A stretch of DNA of 19,103 nt from Candidatus Heimdallarchaeota archaeon. Lineage in GTDB: Archaea; Asgardarchaeota; Heimdallarchaeia; Hodarchaeales; Hodarchaeaceae. The stretch covers positions 1-19,103 of the forward strand of contig DXJL01000124.1 in NCBI GenBank assembly GCA_019057635.1. Direction: 5' to 3'. The position numbers and the translations under genes were made by a program. The notes beneath the pieces are model-generated. The model saw only the letters and a list, made by a program, of their open reading frames with translations. It was not told where the DNA came from and did no database searches. This document shows, piece by piece, positions 15,677 through 19,103 of the stretch. How positions within the stretch are numbered: position 1 is the first letter of the stretch; every line of letters begins with the position of its first letter.

Positions 15677-16408
15677 TCAATGCCCGAAAAATAGTCTTTC
15701 AGCTAAACGAATCGGTAAACCGACTTTCTGAATTTCTCTAGCGACATCTCTGATGTCATAATTAACCCTGATCCAATCTAATTTAATCGTAGATTCAGGA
15801 GATATTTCCATTATACCAGCAGACGCGCGTGGATCATTATCACGTGGTTGACCCACACTTCCAGGATTGAAGATGACTTTTCCTGCCTCATTCTGGTATA
15901 TCAACGGAATGTGAGTATGACCAACAATGAGTAGTAAATTTTCACCTATCATATCAAGAAGTTCATCCTTGCGTTGTTTGGAATCTTCTGGATAGATATA
16001 ATCGGTCAAATACTCTTTAGGTGAGGCATGTGTCAAATATATTTTGACGCCATTCTCTTCTATCTCCTTATATTCATTTTGAGCTATTATGGAAATATAG
16101 GTTTTATTGTAAGTTGTTAATTGATCAAAAGTCCAAAGAACAGTTTTTGCTGCGTCAGGGTTAAAACCGTCAGCGTTTCCTGTTGCACAAGCAATATCAT
16201 GATTTCCTATTATGGTTAAATCAAAAGATTCAGAGATTTTAACGAGTTCGTTTGGATATGGTCCATATCCGATGATATCGCCTAAGCATATTGTATAGTC
16301 GATGTTTTTTCCATATTGATTTTGAACCTCATCGCGAATCGCGTGATACGCAGTCAAATTACTATGGAGGTCTGCCAGAAATAGTATCCGCATTGGTCGA
16401 TTAGACAT
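15677..16408 (-). CDS. metallophosphoesterase (calcineurin-like, YfcE/MJ0912-type)
   Basis: DLHSN, GDIIGYGP, GNHD, THAS, GHTH and NPGSVGQPRD motifs. The start is uncertain (16420, 16408 or 16393). Confidence 0.92.
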   Translation of the reverse strand: MSNRPMRILFLADLHSNLTAYHAIRDEVQNQYGKNIDYTICLGDIIGYGPYPNELVKISESFDLTIIGNHDIACATGNADGFNPDAAKTVLWTFDQLTTYNKTYISIIAQNEYKEIEENGVKIYLTHASPKEYLTDYIYPEDSKQRKDELLDMIGENLLLIVGHTHIPLIYQNEAGKVIFNPGSVGQPRDNDPRASAGIMEISPESTIKLDWIRVNYDIRDVAREIQKVGLPIRLAERLFFGH

Positions 16409-16492
16409 AAAATTTCCCAAAATAGAGTTTTTGACTCAAGATATCTCATAAAAAGTCGCAATGATCTTTGAATATATTTTTTCCCCAATGAT

Positions 16493-16506
16493 GGAAAAAA
16501 GGGATT
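16493..16506 (-). terminator. putative oligo-T terminator downstream of proteasome alpha
   Basis: Minus strand reads AATCCCTTTTTTCC about 40 nt after the stop. Confidence 0.45.
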
Positions 16507-16544
16507 GTAAGAGGTGTGTTACCACCATCTTAAATTTGCTCTCA

Positions 16545-17207
16545 TTACTCTGCAGTTAAAATTCGGATTTCTAATTCTTTTTCGGTGAGAGGTTCTTTCT
16601 TATTCAGAGCATTTGTGATAATTTCGAGAACTAACTTCTTTGCAGCTTCGACTGCAATGCCTTGCTTATATTCCTTCCGAAGGGCATCGATTATTCGTTC
16701 ATTCCCACTTCCAGCAGCATAAGCATTTACTGCAAAGTAAGACCCTCCATTATCTACAAAGAACAGTTCTGCCTCCTTAGAAATTGGATTGAAGCCTGCT
16801 AGGAGTAAAGCTGTTCCGAAAGGTCTAAGCCCTCCTTGAATTGTATGGCGAGCCATTAAATCTCCTAATCGTTGAGCTAACGCCCTGATGGAAATTTTTT
16901 CTCCGTAAATCAAACGATGTTGTTGAGCAACTAAACGTGCTTGTCCAATTAGAAGGTTTGAATCAGTAGAGAGGCCAGATGCAATTAGAAATAATTTACT
17001 ATCTATTTTTTGAATTTTATCTGGTTTTACCACCAATGGATCAAATAAAGTTTCACCTGCGAGTAAGATGGTTTTACTATCTAAGATCATGCCTAATGCG
17101 GCTGCTCCTTTCTCGGATGCCTTTCGTGCATATGACAATTGGACCAATTCACCGTCAGGACTCCAAATTGCTGCAGATTTATCGTATGGTATTCTAGAAT
17201 CGTACAT
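16545..17207 (-). CDS. psmA: 20S proteasome alpha subunit (divergent)
   Basis: YD....WSPDG.L.Q..YA, DKIQKID, SGL..D, GGLRPFG.ALLLAG and GSG motifs. Confidence 0.9.
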   Translation of the reverse strand: MYDSRIPYDKSAAIWSPDGELVQLSYARKASEKGAAALGMILDSKTILLAGETLFDPLVVKPDKIQKIDSKLFLIASGLSTDSNLLIGQARLVAQQHRLIYGEKISIRALAQRLGDLMARHTIQGGLRPFGTALLLAGFNPISKEAELFFVDNGGSYFAVNAYAAGSGNERIIDALRKEYKQGIAVEAAKKLVLEIITNALNKKEPLTEKELEIRILTAE

Positions 17208-17217
17208 GACTTATCCC

Positions 17218-17883
17218 TCACATGTCAATATGGATTTCTTCTGTTACTACTTGATCTTCATCTTTGAAGAAGATCAATCCATCAATTCCATTTCCAGTAG
17301 CGTTATCTCTCGCAAGAGAGGTTTTTAAAGCTGCAATGGCAAGATCCTTCGCCTTTTCTTTGTCGAGATCAGGTTTGTATGAGTGTTCTAATACACCTAT
17401 GGATAGTAGGGTTCCTGATCCAATTGCAAAGAAGTCTTCGTCAGAAATTGATCCATCAGGACCTAAAACATATACATGTGATCCACGACGATCGACTCCT
17501 GCAACTAAAAGTTGGACCCACCAAGGTTGAAATCGTCGAAAACTTCCATGCATGATTGTGGCAAGTAAGCTCCCAGCAACTTTGATACTAGGCTCGAAAT
17601 TATTTTCAAGCTGATAAAGACGTAATTCACTTCGCAATAGATCCACTAGTGCTTGTGCATCGGATACAGATCCTGCAATTCCAATACCAGTGTAATCATT
17701 GACCTTATGGACCTTTTTTGCGTGTTTGCTAGCAGTAAAACTGCCCATTGATGCACGACGATCAGCGACAACTAAAGCACCATTTTTAAACTTCAAGGCT
17801 AATCCTGTTGTCCCTTTTAATCGATTCATCTGGTCTTGCTGTGAATTATTATTGTTAAATAAGGGGTTTGTTGGATAATTCAC
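17218..17883 (-). CDS. psmB: 20S proteasome beta subunit (Ntn hydrolase, catalytic Thr1 intact, 24-aa propeptide)
   Basis: KG|TT cleavage site, Asp17 (ADRRASMG), Lys33, AGSVSDAQ, GSG and RDNATG. GTG start with an AGGAG SD. Confidence 0.95.
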   Translation of the reverse strand: MNYPTNPLFNNNNSQQDQMNRLKGTTGLALKFKNGALVVADRRASMGSFTASKHAKKVHKVNDYTGIGIAGSVSDAQALVDLLRSELRLYQLENNFEPSIKVAGSLLATIMHGSFRRFQPWWVQLLVAGVDRRGSHVYVLGPDGSISDEDFFAIGSGTLLSIGVLEHSYKPDLDKEKAKDLAIAALKTSLARDNATGNGIDGLIFFKDEDQVVTEEIHIDM

Positions 17884-18111
17884 TTTGTGTTTCTCCTTTA
17901 TTGTGTTTTTTATTGTTGTTAAACATTATATTGTTTCATATAGAGAATTTCTAGAACTTATTAATATGACTGGCTTTTGAAAAAAAAGAGAAATTGTTGT
18001 TTATCAAGCAAGAATGCTTTGGAGAAATTACTTTTTCCCTCTTGAATAAGAGAATTTGGTATAGTTCGCCTTTTAATATTGGCTGAAACCTAGATTCCAG
18101 TGATTAAGGGA

Positions 18112-19103
18112 TTAAAAATCCATATAGAGAGCTGGCTTCATTGGTTGAGCCTTTGAAGCTTTATTTAGTGGATCGATGATTGATTTAGTTTCAGCTGCGA
18201 AAACCTCTAGATTACAGTCAAAGTGTTGAGATAGATATTGTTTATACCCATTAATTGCATCTATTTCTTTTTCTGTTCCTACATATTCTTTCCTAAATAT
18301 TTTAGCATCCCCGCGAACCGATTTAAGTTCTTTAGCAATTTCTTTCATTTTTGGAGTGAATTTCGGGTTTGACTTTAGAGTACCCATAATCTTCCCCATA
18401 TTAAAAGATCCTCCACCTAGTATTTTAGAAATTTCACCGTATAATTCTTGTTTCCATTCAGGTGCTACGTAAATAATTATCTTTTTTGGAGAATCTCGCT
18501 TCAAATCAATAATTGCTTGAATATCTTCTGATAAATCCTTAATGAAATTTGTTTGCAGCATTAAATCAGCTGCTTCGTTTGTCACCTCTAATTGGGGAAT
18601 ATTCCTTAATGAGCAGAACTCAGTAGATCCTAATTTCTCATTAATTTCCTCACAAACATGTGGAATCATTGGACTGAGAATTATATTCCAATGATCGACA
18701 ATATATCGAAGAGCTGCCTGTCTTTCTTTCTTAGAGATGCCAATCGAAGATTTTTGATAGAACTCGATCTCTCTTAACATTAGATGAAAAGCATGAGTAA
18801 CAAAATCTCGGCCATTATACTGCCCCAGTTGACTTACTGCTTCTTTTAGATGGGATGTACAAGCAGAAATGAATGATCGTGTCATAAATGATGATTTGAT
18901 TACATCAAAGGATTTATCAATAGGATATGAAGCAATCTCGTTAATCGATGACCAAAATTTTCTGAATCTAGTCACAAGGGTGTTAATACCTTCGTCTGTC
19001 CAATTTAAAACTGTATCAGCAGAACCAGCAGCAACTAGATACATCCTTGTAACATCAACAGAGTATTTTTTTGGAAGAAGGGCAATAGGTATAACATTTC
19101 CAG
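18112..19103 (-). CDS. leuS: leucyl-tRNA synthetase, archaeal type (3' part; gene starts beyond the window)
   Basis: The frame is open to the window edge (GNVIPI...YSVDVTRMYL, the segment after KMSKS). LSPMIPHVCEE, IYVAPEWK and terminal DP.NKA.KAQPMKPALY are typical of archaeal LeuRS. Confidence 0.93.
   Translation of the reverse strand, partial: GNVIPIALLPKKYSVDVTRMYLVAAGSADTVLNWTDEGINTLVTRFRKFWSSINEIASYPIDKSFDVIKSSFMTRSFISACTSHLKEAVSQLGQYNGRDFVTHAFHLMLREIEFYQKSSIGISKKERQAALRYIVDHWNIILSPMIPHVCEEINEKLGSTEFCSLRNIPQLEVTNEAADLMLQTNFIKDLSEDIQAIIDLKRDSPKKIIIYVAPEWKQELYGEISKILGGGSFNMGKIMGTLKSNPKFTPKMKEIAKELKSVRGDAKIFRKEYVGTEKEIDAINGYKQYLSQHFDCNLEVFAAETKSIIDPLNKASKAQPMKPALYMDF

Noticed and set aside
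15677-16420. Metallophosphoesterase as a Vps29 (retromer) eukaryotic signature protein
   Set aside because: It retains the full catalytic motif set and the NPGSVGQPRD signature of a widespread prokaryotic family.
9210-17530. Shadow ORFs 9210-9692, 11026-11253, 11111-11341, 12588-12827, 14247-14540, 16979-17197 and 17068-17328, 17264-17530
   Set aside because: Each overlaps a well-supported gene on the other strand or frame and lacks motifs.
17944-17957. Eukaryotic HSE-like GAATTTCTAGAA upstream of the proteasome operon
   Set aside because: Only two correctly spaced nGAAn units are present, which is expected by chance in AT-rich DNA.
1-19103. tRNA, rRNA, CRISPR array, transposase or integrase
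   Set aside because: I saw no GC-rich cloverleaf or rRNA-like segments, no regularly spaced repeats and no recombinase motifs.

Overview
AT-rich archaeal chromosomal segment of mostly housekeeping genes, most consistent with an Asgard archaeon (probably Heimdallarchaeia, inferred from the eS25, ESCRT-II-like protein, Rpo6 C-terminus, histone type and archaeal LeuRS/DGGGP synthase). In order, it contains: the end of a protein with a C-terminal membrane-anchor or sorting signal, a small hypothetical protein, a tail-less histone, two tandem thermosome subunits, Rpo6, an unannotated EAP30/Vps22-Vps36-like ESCRT-II protein with a small beta-rich neighbour, eS17, a Zn-ribbon plus YkgJ-family pair, FAD glycerol-3-phosphate dehydrogenase, TatD, an unusual GluRS-N-terminal-domain/nucleotidyltransferase/helical-bundle fusion convergent on an HD hydrolase, eS25, DUF554, DGGGP synthase, stomatin/SPFH, a cyclophilin-like protein, a metallophosphoesterase, an adjacent proteasome beta-alpha pair with a divergent alpha, and the 3' part of LeuRS. 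I saw no mobile element, CRISPR array, tRNA or rRNA. The best candidates for novelty are the GluRS-N-domain nucleotidyltransferase, the stand-alone ESCRT-II-like gene pair and the self-contained beta-alpha proteasome operon. All family calls come from motif recognition by eye. No searches were run.
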